A DNA stretch of 63,007 bases from Bacteroidales bacterium (GCA_017992915.1 JAGONS010000001.1:1-63007), one strand, 5' to 3'; positions 29,772 to 39,769 are shown, numbered from the stretch's first letter. The notes: generated by a model not told the origin, from the sequence alone. Translations and numbers: made by a program.

Positions 29772-30971
29772 ATGGCTTACACCACTACAACTAAACAGAG
29801 TTATGGAAACAGGGTTTCCAAATCTTTCAAGGGTATCGGCAGCGGTATCCTGCTTTTTATCATCGGTACGGTATTGCTATTCTGGAACGAAGGCAGGACG
29901 GTCAAAGTTAAACGCGCATTAAACCAGGCTGCGGATGTGACTGTGGAAATGCCCGACATTTCCCGAATAGATCCCCAGTTTGAAGGCAAGATGGTACACG
30001 CTATAGGTGATGCATCCACAGCTGAAATCCTTAGTGACGGACTCTTCGGCATTTCGCTGAATGCCATCAACCTCTCACGGAACGTGGAATACTATCAGTG
30101 GACCGAGCAGAGCAAAGAGGAAAAAAAGGAAAAAATAGGGGGCGGTCAGGAGATCACAACCACCTATACTTATAGCAAGAAATGGGTCTCTTCACCTATC
30201 AACTCTTCAGAATTCGCCGATCCTGATTACCGGAACTCCAACTTTGTACTCACCACTATTGAACCAAATCAAATTGTCGCTGATGTAGTCGACTTCGGAA
30301 CCTACAAACTTCCTCCCTTTCTCAAGAACGGTATAAGTAGTGCGGAAGATGCCACCCCTGAACTGACCGAGCAGATGATCAAAGAGTGGAATGAAGTACT
30401 ATGGAAGAGGGACAGTTCCGCTACAATTACAGTGAGTACGGGGCAGGCCTACTTAGGACGAGACGTGAACAACCCTGACGTGGGTGATGTCAGGGTAACA
30501 TTTGGCTATACTCCTACTCCTCAGACAGTCTCCATACTCGCAGTTGTTGTAGGTGATACATTCGGTGAGTTTGTGGCGAAAAACGGCAAAAATGTCTCCC
30601 GAATTGCACTCGGCTCGGTTTCTGCCGAAAATATGTATGACGCAGCACAGAAAGAGAATAAGGTAATCGCCTGGATCCTCCGCATACTGGCCGTTATACT
30701 TATTATCGGTGGGCTAAAGGGTATCTTCAACTTCCTCAGCACCATATTCGCAGTTGTTCCCTTTATACGAAGAGTTCTCGCTGCGGGCATCAACTTTGTC
30801 TGTACCGTCGTAGGTCTGATCTGGAGCCTATTGATATTTGTCATTGCCTGGATATCATATCGACCTGCACTCGGCATCACTTTCCTTGTTTTGATAGCGG
30901 CCCTCATAGTGCTGCTGGTTATGCGTTCAAAGAAAAAGAAGAACACTCCCGCTGACGTGCCTGCCCAATAA
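29772..30971 (+). CDS. TMEM43/LUMA-like membrane protein (DUF1625)
   Basis: N-terminal TM followed by WNEGR, a long soluble domain, and a cluster of 3-4 C-terminal TM helices. This matches the DUF1625 architecture as I recall it. Confidence 0.6.
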   Translation: MAYTTTTKQSYGNRVSKSFKGIGSGILLFIIGTVLLFWNEGRTVKVKRALNQAADVTVEMPDISRIDPQFEGKMVHAIGDASTAEILSDGLFGISLNAINLSRNVEYYQWTEQSKEEKKEKIGGGQEITTTYTYSKKWVSSPINSSEFADPDYRNSNFVLTTIEPNQIVADVVDFGTYKLPPFLKNGISSAEDATPELTEQMIKEWNEVLWKRDSSATITVSTGQAYLGRDVNNPDVGDVRVTFGYTPTPQTVSILAVVVGDTFGEFVAKNGKNVSRIALGSVSAENMYDAAQKENKVIAWILRILAVILIIGGLKGIFNFLSTIFAVVPFIRRVLAAGINFVCTVVGLIWSLLIFVIAWISYRPALGITFLVLIAALIVLLVMRSKKKKNTPADVPAQ

Positions 30972-30979
30972 TAGAAGAC

Positions 30980-32200
30980 ATGAAGCTGAGAGTATTTTTA
31001 TTTTGCACCCTGACAATAGCTTTGGCGATAAGTTGTTCAACAGGAGACAAAACTCCTCAGACAGCCGCCGGCATAAAAGAGAATCCATATAAAGGCTTTA
31101 GGACACGTGCCGATTTCGGACTCAACGGTCCGGTCAAGTCATTTACCGAGACCAGATACCATGAGATGCAACCTTTCTCACGTACATGGCACTTTGACCA
31201 TGACGGCAGAGTGACTTCGATTGTAGAGGAGGATGTGCACCCTCAGACACGTCTGGAAATAAGAATCGATAAAAAAGGAAATCCTGTCGATACGGTTTTT
31301 TCCTTTACAGATTCTCTAAATTATGCATTTGATATGCAGGCCAGCACTTATCTTTCCGACGGCAAGCCTCTCAAAGAGGTCTATAAAATGAATGGCCAGT
31401 TGGCTGAGGTACATCAATTCATCTACGACAAAAAAGGCCGCTGCATCAGGATCAACATAGTTGAAAGTAACGGTGAACTTAGAGGTTCTTTCCTATATTT
31501 CTACGATGAGAATGGCAACCTGACAAACGAACGCTATGTAAGTATCAAATATGCCGTCGATGGTAACGAAATCATCTCAGAGATCGTAAATGTATACGAT
31601 AGCTATGGGAATCTTATCGAGATCAGCAAGTACAATGTCGGCAAACTTGAGGTAAGAGATGTCATGTATTATAACGACAAAGGAGACCTGCTGCGCCAAT
31701 ATTCCGAGTACGAGGGAGGATATGTCACCGAGATTTTCTACACCTACGACAGAGATGGCAAGCGCAACGGCGATAGGTTCTATACCATTGAGGATGACCG
31801 GCGTGTGATAATGACCAGAGATAGTACGTTTATTGATGAAGCCGGCTACAGACATGAGGAGCAATACACCTGGACAGACGGTCTTCATACCAGTGAAGCT
31901 GTTTTTGATAAAGAGGGAAAAATGATGGAATATCATTACTATGGCGAGTTTGCTCAGGAACCCCGTATTCCTAACAACACAATAACTTTCCATTACGATG
32001 AAGAGGGCTACCTCAGTAAAGCCGAGCTTAGAAGCGGAAGTGATATTATTCCCTACCTATTCGGAGAAAAAGACAGTTTTGACAACTGGACCCGCCGTTA
32101 TCTTACTCCTGAAGAGGTATTTGATACCTACGGCATAGGTATGGAAGATTTCAGCTATTTCCTCCGACGCTATGAAAGAACCTACACCTATTACGACTAA
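30980..32200 (+). CDS. Lipoprotein with about ten YD-repeat-like motifs (xYDxxGxL)
   Basis: Probable lipobox LAISC. Repeated motifs are FDHDGRV, IDKKGNP, YDKKGRC, YDENGNL, YDSYGNL, YNDKGDL, YDRDGKR, FDKEGKM and YDEEGYL. Confidence 0.6.
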   Translation: MKLRVFLFCTLTIALAISCSTGDKTPQTAAGIKENPYKGFRTRADFGLNGPVKSFTETRYHEMQPFSRTWHFDHDGRVTSIVEEDVHPQTRLEIRIDKKGNPVDTVFSFTDSLNYAFDMQASTYLSDGKPLKEVYKMNGQLAEVHQFIYDKKGRCIRINIVESNGELRGSFLYFYDENGNLTNERYVSIKYAVDGNEIISEIVNVYDSYGNLIEISKYNVGKLEVRDVMYYNDKGDLLRQYSEYEGGYVTEIFYTYDRDGKRNGDRFYTIEDDRRVIMTRDSTFIDEAGYRHEEQYTWTDGLHTSEAVFDKEGKMMEYHYYGEFAQEPRIPNNTITFHYDEEGYLSKAELRSGSDIIPYLFGEKDSFDNWTRRYLTPEEVFDTYGIGMEDFSYFLRRYERTYTYYD

Positions 32201-32237
32201 AAACACAAATATTTATTAACACATAAAACTTTATTCT

Positions 32238-32789
32238 ATGGTAACAACATTGATTGTGATTGGCATCCTGGCCATTTTGATAATCTGGGTGATTTCCGTA
32301 CAACGGAATCTTATCAGCAAAGAAGAATTGTGCAAAAATGCAATGAGCCAGATAGGTGTCCAAATGTCGAGCCGCTGGGATGCACTTACGGCACTCGCGG
32401 AACTCATCAAATCCTATGACGAACACGAGTACAATTCACTCAAAGATGTAATTGCACAGCGCACAAGCATCACCGGCAGCAGTTCAGCAGCCGATGCCAA
32501 CATGCAGGAAACCATCCTTACAGATGCCATGAGACGTATAGCCGTGGTAGTTGAGCAGTACCCCAACCTCAAAGCCAATGAGATGTACGTCAAGACTATG
32601 GATAGCGTCAATTTGTATGAAAATCAGGTACGTATGAGCCGTATGGTATACAATGACAGCGTAACCAACTACAACCGTCTCATCCGTCAGATTCCCAGCA
32701 ATATCGTAGCTTCATTGTTCGGGTTCAAGTCCAAGGATTATCTCGAAGAAAATCCGGCCAAGACTGAAATGCCCTCAATGAAAAAGTAA
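32238..32789 (+). CDS. lemA: LemA family protein
   Basis: N-terminal TM helix followed by the NxL coiled region typical of LemA (QRNLISKEE.C.NA.SQI.VQ...R.D) and a YPNLKAN motif. Confidence 0.85.
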   Translation: MVTTLIVIGILAILIIWVISVQRNLISKEELCKNAMSQIGVQMSSRWDALTALAELIKSYDEHEYNSLKDVIAQRTSITGSSSAADANMQETILTDAMRRIAVVVEQYPNLKANEMYVKTMDSVNLYENQVRMSRMVYNDSVTNYNRLIRQIPSNIVASLFGFKSKDYLEENPAKTEMPSMKK

Positions 32790-34489
32790 TGAAACGTCTG
32801 TTGCTCACGTTTTTGACCGCGATTGCCGCTTTTACTGCGACAGCGGAAAATACCACCATTCGGAATATTGACATAACATATATTCTTACACCCGAAGGGC
32901 ACGCCAAAGTGACTGAAGTGTGGGATGTCAGTGCAAAAAACATCACCGAGTGGTATTTGGTCAAATATAATATGGACTCTGCCGTCTCAATTACAGACCT
33001 TGCGGTAACTGATGAGAATGGCCTCAACTTTATAAATGAAGGTGAATGGGATATAGACCGAAGCCTCAGCAAAAAGGCAGGTAAATGCGGTATTGTATAC
33101 AAAGGTGTTAATGATTACGAATTGTGCTGGGGTATCGGCTCCTATGGAGATCATATTTTCACCGTTAAGTATACTATCAACAACTTTGTATTGTCAATGG
33201 AGGATTATGATGCGCTTCATTTCCAATTCATCTCCCCGGACCTCTCTTCCGCTCCAGAACACGCGAAAGTGACTGTCAGATATCAGGATGACCTCTACCA
33301 GCTGGATACCTCCAACACTCTGATTTGGGGTTTTGGATATGAAGGCACCTGCGAATTCATAGATGGTACCATTGTAGCTAAATCAGATGCTCCTTTTAAG
33401 AAAAACAGTTCGGTCATAATATTGGCGCGCTTTGAAAAGGAGATGTTCCATAATCTTGTCAACCTAGACAACCGTTTGTTTGAAGAGCGCCATGCGCTGG
33501 CGATGGAGGGCAGCCACTTTGATGGAGAGCCTTCGGAATATTCATACGAAGATTTTGAAGCTAAAGATTCCATTATTCCGATTCTATGGACTCTGGGTAT
33601 CATACTGGCCGGTGTAGGTATAGGCAAACAGAGCAAGAAGTATAAAAATGTCTCCACCTTCGGGGTAAAAAAACTCAAAGATATCGACTGGTGCAGAGAA
33701 ATTCCGTACAATGGAAACTTGCTCGCAACCAATTTTGTTATTACAAAAGCCCCTTCCCTGTTTAAGACACGCAATAGTTATGCTATTGCGTCAGCATATA
33801 TCCTTAGAATGATTCAGAAAAATATTCTGATTACAGGTAAAGACGAGAAGGGGAAAATTACCATCTCTTTCAACGACAAGGCAGATCTCGATAAGCTTGA
33901 ATCTCCCGAAAAGTCACTTTTCAACATGATGAAACAGGCCAGCGGAGCAAACCTGATCCTTGAAGACAAAGAGTTTTCGAGATGGGCCAAAAAAAATAAA
34001 AGTACGCTAATCAGCTGGACAAATTCCATAAGCACCAAGGGTGTCAAAGCTCTGGAAGCGGGAGACTTTTTCTCAAACAACAAGTTCACCCCTTCAGGTG
34101 TTCAGGCCAACAACAAAGTACTGGGATTTTTCAAGTATCTGCAGGATTTTACGCTTATCAATGAAAGAAGATCGGTAGAGGTACATTTGTGGCAGGATTA
34201 TCTGGTGTTTGCCACCCTTTTCGGCATTGCGGACAAGGTAGCTAAAGAGCTCAAGGATATCGACCCTATAGCCTTCGAGAAAGCTGTCAACTACGATTTC
34301 GACACATTCTCTACCATTCTCTACCAAACGAGAATGCTTTCCAATGCAATAACACTGAACTCATATGTGGCATCTTCTTCGGGTGGCTCATTCTCAGGAA
34401 CAAGCTCCTGGAGTGGCGGAGGAGGAGGTTCTTCCTTTGGCGGAGGCGGAGGATTTTCCGGTGGCGGTTCCGGCGGCGGAGGCAGATAA
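32789..34489 (+). CDS. DUF2207-domain membrane protein with a Gly-rich C-terminal tail
   Basis: Signal peptide, an extracytoplasmic domain, a mid-protein TM segment, and the characteristic tail GGGGGSSFGGGGGFSGGGSGGGGR. TAATG overlap with lemA. Confidence 0.8.
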   Translation: MKRLLLTFLTAIAAFTATAENTTIRNIDITYILTPEGHAKVTEVWDVSAKNITEWYLVKYNMDSAVSITDLAVTDENGLNFINEGEWDIDRSLSKKAGKCGIVYKGVNDYELCWGIGSYGDHIFTVKYTINNFVLSMEDYDALHFQFISPDLSSAPEHAKVTVRYQDDLYQLDTSNTLIWGFGYEGTCEFIDGTIVAKSDAPFKKNSSVIILARFEKEMFHNLVNLDNRLFEERHALAMEGSHFDGEPSEYSYEDFEAKDSIIPILWTLGIILAGVGIGKQSKKYKNVSTFGVKKLKDIDWCREIPYNGNLLATNFVITKAPSLFKTRNSYAIASAYILRMIQKNILITGKDEKGKITISFNDKADLDKLESPEKSLFNMMKQASGANLILEDKEFSRWAKKNKSTLISWTNSISTKGVKALEAGDFFSNNKFTPSGVQANNKVLGFFKYLQDFTLINERRSVEVHLWQDYLVFATLFGIADKVAKELKDIDPIAFEKAVNYDFDTFSTILYQTRMLSNAITLNSYVASSSGGSFSGTSSWSGGGGGSSFGGGGGFSGGGSGGGGR

Positions 34490-34519
34490 ATTCCATTTGT
34501 CTGAATTTCAAAAAAAAAT

Positions 34520-34527
34520 TACCTTTG
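34520..34527 (+). promoter_or_regulatory. Candidate -7 box (TACCTTTG) for the M23 peptidase gene
   Basis: Matches TAnnTTTG, 19 nt upstream of the ATG at 34546. Confidence 0.35.
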
Positions 34528-34545
34528 CGACTAAAATAGAATCCT

Positions 34546-35505
34546 ATGAAGCGCAGAGGTATTTTTTTATTAGCCTTTATTATAATCACAATACAGGTCT
34601 CCGGACAAAACAGAAACTATACACGAGACACCATTCCGCAAAGGGACTCCCTCACCTACTTCGAGGAAGTGCTGGTAATAGATACTCTGGATACGGATGA
34701 CAAATTTACCAAAATCATCCTCTATGATGACTATACCTGGGCATATTTTGATCTGGGCAGACCGGTGATAGATACTGCGGAGTTCTTCGATTCCTGGGAA
34801 GGAACAGGCGTACATTCCTTCAGGGATGTAAAACTCTCGGACATACCCGAAGAAGTGGACCTGTTGCTGGTAGACTCCCTCAACGGATTCTGTGTCCCAT
34901 ATCAACAGAAAGTGGGATCCGGGTTCAAGTTCAGAAGGACAAGGGAACATAAAGGGGTTGACTTATCGCTCAAAACGGGAGACACCATCAGAGCCGCATT
35001 CGACGGTATGGTGCGTCTCTCTGAAGGTACAAGGAGAACCGGAGGTTACGGCAATCTGGTAGTAATTCGCCACCCAAACGGACTTGAAACCTACTACGCT
35101 CACCTATCCAAACGGATAGTGGATAGCGGAGAGGTAGTTAAAGCAGGTGAAGTGATAGGACTGGGAGGAAATACCGGACGCAGCAACGGTCCGCATCTTC
35201 ACTTCGAGACCAGATACAAAGGACATCCTTTTGATCCTCAACGTATCATAGACTTTGAGAAGGGAGTGCTCAGAGACTCGCTTTTTACCCTCAAAAAACA
35301 CTACTTCAGCATCTATTCACATTGGGGACAGACCGACGAGGAGTCGCTAGCTGCTTCACAGCGAATCATCCATACCATCAAATCGGGAGATACTCTCGGT
35401 GCACTCGCCATAAGATATGGCACCACCGTCAGGAGAATCTGTCAACTCAACGGCATAAGTTCCAACAAGATATTAAGAATTGGCCAGCGCCTGATAGTTA
35501 GGTAG
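34546..35505 (+). CDS. M23 family metallopeptidase with a C-terminal LysM domain
   Basis: HKGVDL (HxxxD) and GPHLHFE (HxH) motifs. The LysM region is HTIKSGDTLGALAIRYGTTVRRICQLNGI. Confidence 0.88.
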   Translation: MKRRGIFLLAFIIITIQVSGQNRNYTRDTIPQRDSLTYFEEVLVIDTLDTDDKFTKIILYDDYTWAYFDLGRPVIDTAEFFDSWEGTGVHSFRDVKLSDIPEEVDLLLVDSLNGFCVPYQQKVGSGFKFRRTREHKGVDLSLKTGDTIRAAFDGMVRLSEGTRRTGGYGNLVVIRHPNGLETYYAHLSKRIVDSGEVVKAGEVIGLGGNTGRSNGPHLHFETRYKGHPFDPQRIIDFEKGVLRDSLFTLKKHYFSIYSHWGQTDEESLAASQRIIHTIKSGDTLGALAIRYGTTVRRICQLNGISSNKILRIGQRLIVR

Positions 35506-36288
35506 TATCCGTTCCAGAAGCGCTACACGCAGGCTATCTCCCTCCTTCAGAAATAGAGAGTGAAGCTCTTTGAGGTATGCATAGGGTAAAAACCCATACT
35601 CTCTGCGCAGCAATTCCTCTTCCGGAAGGAAAAACAACTCTCCCTGATTGAAGACATTGATGCAGAATAGCACCTTATCCTCCTCAATCCAGGCCGGAAT
35701 CAGCTTATTGCGATATTCCACGGGATATACCGGAAGGGAGCAATCCTGCGCAAACATAAAATAGAGAAGCATAAGGAGATGTTTTCCGCCCTCTCCACGG
35801 CTGAGAATAATGGCCGGCATTTGATATTCGGGCGAAAGGTCATCCGATGGAAACGCCTTGAATCCGAACCTATTGAAAAAAATGTGATTGAAGACTCCAC
35901 AACTCTCCATTGCGGTCATTCCGCCACTCAATTCCATAACCATCTCCGCTGACTTGCCGACAAAAGCATTGACCAATTCACGCCAGTTCTCACCGCGATA
36001 GAGCAGTTTTGTGAGCAGCACTGCGAAATCCAGAAGTTGAAATTGTTCGCCCTCTTCAAGGTGGATGGCCTCATTCATGGAATTAATGACCATTTCATAA
36101 TAAATCTCTTCCAGGCGATGCGCTACCTCTTCTTTGACGGCGGGATCGCTTTCACGGGAAGCAATCTCCTCAAGGGCAGAAAGCATTTCCTGACCCTGCC
36201 TGAGGACTTCTGCCATGACACTTCTCGATACGACCTGATCCGGGTCATCAAGCAATGCATAGAGGGAATGTTGGAGATCAGTCTGCAT
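35473..36288 (-). CDS. SirB1/UPF0162-like (transglutaminase-like fold) protein, function unknown
   Basis: The pattern FNRFGFKA...LSRGEGGKHLLMLLY...SLPVYPVEY...INVFNQGE resembles the E. coli SirB1 N-domain. Weak call. Confidence 0.4.
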   Translation of the reverse strand: MQTDLQHSLYALLDDPDQVVSRSVMAEVLRQGQEMLSALEEIASRESDPAVKEEVAHRLEEIYYEMVINSMNEAIHLEEGEQFQLLDFAVLLTKLLYRGENWRELVNAFVGKSAEMVMELSGGMTAMESCGVFNHIFFNRFGFKAFPSDDLSPEYQMPAIILSRGEGGKHLLMLLYFMFAQDCSLPVYPVEYRNKLIPAWIEEDKVLFCINVFNQGELFFLPEEELLRREYGFLPYAYLKELHSLFLKEGDSLRVALLERILPNYQALANS

Positions 36289-37181
36289 CAGATGGATGTG
36301 CCGGTAAGTGTATCAAGTGCCAATTGCACAAGGCCTTTCATCAAAAGATGGTAGTCAGGACGGCTCTCTTTTGCATAGCGGTTGGCTATTACGAGGCAGA
36401 TTGTGCCTGCATCATGTCCCAGAAGTGCAGAGAGACCGGAAAGTGCGGAACTTTCCATCTCAATATTAGTCACCCTTCGGTCATAATATCTGAATGATTC
36501 CAGATTGCCTATAAGATCGTCAAACGTGAGCGGTAATCTTACCGATCTGCCCTGTGGACCGTAAAAGCCGGGAGCGGAGATAGTCATCCCCATTACCGAG
36601 TTCTTTTCAAACAATGATATCAGGCGTTCTGCAGATTTGATGAAATAGGGGGCCGGAAGTCGCTTCGGCCAATTCATGTGCTGCACAAAAGCAGCTTCCA
36701 TGGCAGCATCCGCAACCTCGCTACACCCGGCATACCAGTTCAGGAGTCCGTCAAATCCGATGGAATATTCCGAAAATACGTAACTTCCAAGAGGTATATC
36801 GGGCTGTACGGCACCGCAGGTGCCAATACGAAGCAGTGTCAACCGTTTGTGATCAGGTCTGACGCATTTGGTATTGAAATCGATATTTGCCAGAGCATCC
36901 AGTTCTGTGACTACTATATCTATATTGTCGGTGCCTATGCCGGTAGAAATAACGGAAACCTCCCTTCCGTTGTAGCGGCCCGTGACTGTACGAAATTCCC
37001 GCGATGATTTGTCAACCCTGATTGAACCCTCCTCAAAAAAAGAGGCCACAAGTTTTACTCTGCCGGGGTCTCCAACCAGTATGACGGTATCAGCCAACTC
37101 TTCAGGCAAAATATGAAGATGAAAAATTGATCCGTCGGGATTGATGATCAGTTCTGAAGGTGCTATGGGTAATGAAGACAT
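36288..37181 (-). CDS. Nucleoside phosphorylase (PNP/UDP family, uridine-phosphorylase-like)
   Basis: VILVGDPGRV, STGIGTDNIDIV and NIEMES motifs. The start is taken at MSSLPIAPSELI. TGATG overlap with the downstream gene. Confidence 0.75.
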   Translation of the reverse strand: MSSLPIAPSELIINPDGSIFHLHILPEELADTVILVGDPGRVKLVASFFEEGSIRVDKSSREFRTVTGRYNGREVSVISTGIGTDNIDIVVTELDALANIDFNTKCVRPDHKRLTLLRIGTCGAVQPDIPLGSYVFSEYSIGFDGLLNWYAGCSEVADAAMEAAFVQHMNWPKRLPAPYFIKSAERLISLFEKNSVMGMTISAPGFYGPQGRSVRLPLTFDDLIGNLESFRYYDRRVTNIEMESSALSGLSALLGHDAGTICLVIANRYAKESRPDYHLLMKGLVQLALDTLTGTSI

Positions 37182-37229
37182 TAGTGTCGTTATTTGTGGT
37201 TTAAAATTCAAATATAGGACTTTTTTCCC

Positions 37230-37237
37230 TAATTTTG
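37230..37237 (+). promoter_or_regulatory. Candidate -7 box (TAATTTTG) for the DUF4293 gene
   Basis: Matches TAnnTTTG, 27 nt upstream of the ATG at 37264. Confidence 0.35.
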
Positions 37238-37263
37238 TCAAATCAATCTACACATTAGGCAGT

Positions 37264-37725
37264 ATGCTCAGAAGATTCCAGACATATCTTATAATTGCAG
37301 CGGCTCTGCTGCTTGGCTCAATGTTTTTCTCCAATATGTGTTACGGCATAATTCCCACCGACGCCCCTTCGGAGACATGGGAACGCATTACCATCAGATT
37401 TTTTGAGAGGAGCCAGTTTTTGATAATGACATTCGTTACCTTCTCCCTATGCGTGATTGCACTCTTCTATCACAAAAAACGTCTGCTGCAGATACGTATC
37501 TGTCTGCTCAACTCCATAATTCTTTTTGCTTTTCAGATATGGATTTTGGTGGAATTCATGAAACTGAGGCCCCTCTATTCTCTTTCTGTCCCGTCACTAT
37601 TTCCCATCATCTCTATTATCCTGCTGGTATTGTCAATCAGGTATATCGCAAAAGATGAAGCCGTAGCGATGTTTTCCCGTGCAGTCCGCGCGAATGACAC
37701 CGGTAAAAAAGGAAAGAAAAAGTAG
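37264..37725 (+). CDS. DUF4293-like small multi-pass membrane protein
   Basis: N-terminus MLRRFQTYLIIAAALLL and four hydrophobic helices, about 153 aa. The start is chosen downstream of the divergent gene and the promoter box. Confidence 0.55.
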   Translation: MLRRFQTYLIIAAALLLGSMFFSNMCYGIIPTDAPSETWERITIRFFERSQFLIMTFVTFSLCVIALFYHKKRLLQIRICLLNSIILFAFQIWILVEFMKLRPLYSLSVPSLFPIISIILLVLSIRYIAKDEAVAMFSRAVRANDTGKKGKKK

Positions 37726-37727
37726 CC

Positions 37728-39728
37728 CTACTCTTCGCTCTTGCAATATTTTTGGATAACGCTGTAGGCATCCTGGATGCCCAGCTCTCCCGCCATGCTC
37801 AGATCCATACAGCCTTTTTCTTTGTCTTTAAGGTATATCAGTACCAGACCGCGGTTGTAGTAGGCTTCACCGATATTGGGATAGAGTTCTATCGCTTTGG
37901 TATATTGTACTATTGACTCGGGAAGGTCATCGGAGAGACAGTAGAGGTTGCCGAGATTGTAGTATATGTAGGGGAATGAAGGATCTATCGAAGCCGCCTT
38001 TTTCATATCGTGAATTGCGGGAGTATAGTCATATGTATGACGCACCTGCTCCTGTACTCTGGTCTTGACTGTATTGTCGTTATCGAGTGTAAGAACGGGC
38101 ACGTTGTTTTCTATGGATGAAATGAAATCTATCATTTCAGCCTGCAGAGCACCTCTGTTGATGTAATAAAAGATATTATCAGGGCTTTTTGTTATGGCTT
38201 CGTCATAGCAAACCATTGCAGTGTTGAACTGTTTGTTATCCGTTTCCAGAAGTGCTTTGGCAAAGAGATTGATATCGTTACGGTCTGTACGAAGCAGGCG
38301 GTTGACTTCTTCGCGCAGACTTTGAGCATCTGGCAGGTAACCGCCTTTAGATGATTCGAATTTCACGGCAATGGGAGATGAGCTGATAAAACTGTCGAGT
38401 GATGCATTATCAAACCTGCGGTTGATAAGTATATTACTCTCCTGAGGAATGTTGTCCGGAGCTACGGCAGCAAATTTATAAAGGGGTTTGAGACGAATAT
38501 CTACATCTCTGTACTGCAGCAGTTCATTGTCAAAGTCCTTCTTGGCAAAATCTGCATCGAGCGCCAGCAAGTGGTCATATTTCCTGGTGGTATCGGCAAA
38601 GGCGGCATATCCTGTGGAATCCGAAGTCTGAGCGCGGTACTCCTCTATTTTTCTTTGTGCTATTTCGTAATCCTGGCGCGAAGAGTTATATTGTCCTAGC
38701 TGACTCTTTGCATAAGCCCTATTCATGTAAGCTTTCGCAAAATCCGGATATAGGTTGATGGCTTTCGAGTAGTCATCCATCGCATCGCGGTAGCGACCCA
38801 TTTCCATAAAGACGGCGGCACGGTTGAAATAGGCCAGCACGTTGTTCGGATTTATGGCCAGCACTCTGTCGTAATCATCGAGTGCACTGCGATAATCTCC
38901 AACCTGAGCTCGGATGATGGCTCTGTTATAGAGAGTGAGAGCATTGCCGGGTTCTTGTTCCAGCACTTTATCCAGGTCAGCCAGCGCTCCTTCGATATCC
39001 TTCATTTCATGTCGAATTATCGCTCTGTTGAAATATGCAAAAGTGTTTGCAGTATCCAATTTCAATGCGGTATTCAGATCTTCAAGTGCAGGTTCCATAT
39101 CTTGCCTGAGCGCATATATTCTGGACCTGCGAACATAGGCTTCAGGGTCATATCTATCTATGGAAATGGCTTTGTTGTAGTCATCCAGGGCTTTGGTCGT
39201 GTCACCCAGATAGAGGTAGGATGCCCCTCTGTTGAGGTATGCATTACTCTCACGAGGCTCTTTTTTGATGAACATATTGAAGTCCTTGACCGCTTTCTCG
39301 AACTGCTGTGAAAGAAAATAGGTTACTCCCCTGCTGAAATAGAGTCCGGTATAGCCGGGACGCAAATCTACGGCCTCTTCAAGGTCTTTGAGTGCCAGAT
39401 CGTACTTGCCTATCCTACTGAGTGTGATTGCGCGGTAGTGATATGCGGGTGTATATATGGGATTGAAGTGTATGGTCTTATCGAAGTCCATCTGGGCTCC
39501 TACAAGGTCGCCGAGATTGTATTTTGCTATTCCCCTGAAGAAGTAGGCTTCAAATATGGTACTGTCCAGACGGGAGAGGATGTTGAAACTCTCGATTGCG
39601 TTGGAATACTTGCCTTCAATCAGCGCCTGTCTTCCCCTATAGTAAAAATGGTCAAGATCGTACTGGCACCAGGCCGGTACGGCGGTGACGATAATGAAGA
39701 GTGAGACGAAAAAGGCTTTTTTGAACAT
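37728..39728 (-). CDS. Tetratricopeptide-repeat protein (secreted)
   Basis: Signal peptide MFKKAFFVSLFIIVTAVPAWCQ, then more than 10 canonical TPR units (AYFNRG, AI.D.. KAI.L.P). The start is at the internal ATG 39728. Confidence 0.75.
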   Translation of the reverse strand: MFKKAFFVSLFIIVTAVPAWCQYDLDHFYYRGRQALIEGKYSNAIESFNILSRLDSTIFEAYFFRGIAKYNLGDLVGAQMDFDKTIHFNPIYTPAYHYRAITLSRIGKYDLALKDLEEAVDLRPGYTGLYFSRGVTYFLSQQFEKAVKDFNMFIKKEPRESNAYLNRGASYLYLGDTTKALDDYNKAISIDRYDPEAYVRRSRIYALRQDMEPALEDLNTALKLDTANTFAYFNRAIIRHEMKDIEGALADLDKVLEQEPGNALTLYNRAIIRAQVGDYRSALDDYDRVLAINPNNVLAYFNRAAVFMEMGRYRDAMDDYSKAINLYPDFAKAYMNRAYAKSQLGQYNSSRQDYEIAQRKIEEYRAQTSDSTGYAAFADTTRKYDHLLALDADFAKKDFDNELLQYRDVDIRLKPLYKFAAVAPDNIPQESNILINRRFDNASLDSFISSSPIAVKFESSKGGYLPDAQSLREEVNRLLRTDRNDINLFAKALLETDNKQFNTAMVCYDEAITKSPDNIFYYINRGALQAEMIDFISSIENNVPVLTLDNDNTVKTRVQEQVRHTYDYTPAIHDMKKAASIDPSFPYIYYNLGNLYCLSDDLPESIVQYTKAIELYPNIGEAYYNRGLVLIYLKDKEKGCMDLSMAGELGIQDAYSVIQKYCKSEE

Positions 39729-39742
39729 ATTGACAAAAATAG

Positions 39743-39750
39743 TATTTTTG
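39743..39750 (+). promoter_or_regulatory. Candidate -7 box (TATTTTTG) for the M28 peptidase gene
   Basis: Matches TAnnTTTG, 20 nt upstream of the ATG at 39770. Confidence 0.35.
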
Positions 39751-39769
39751 CACTTTGCTTGGAAAAAAA

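Noticed and set aside
34380-34489. GGC/GGA-rich low-complexity DNA at the end of the DUF2207 gene.
   Set aside because: It is explained by the family-typical Gly-rich C-terminal tail of DUF2207 proteins and is not an independent repeat element.
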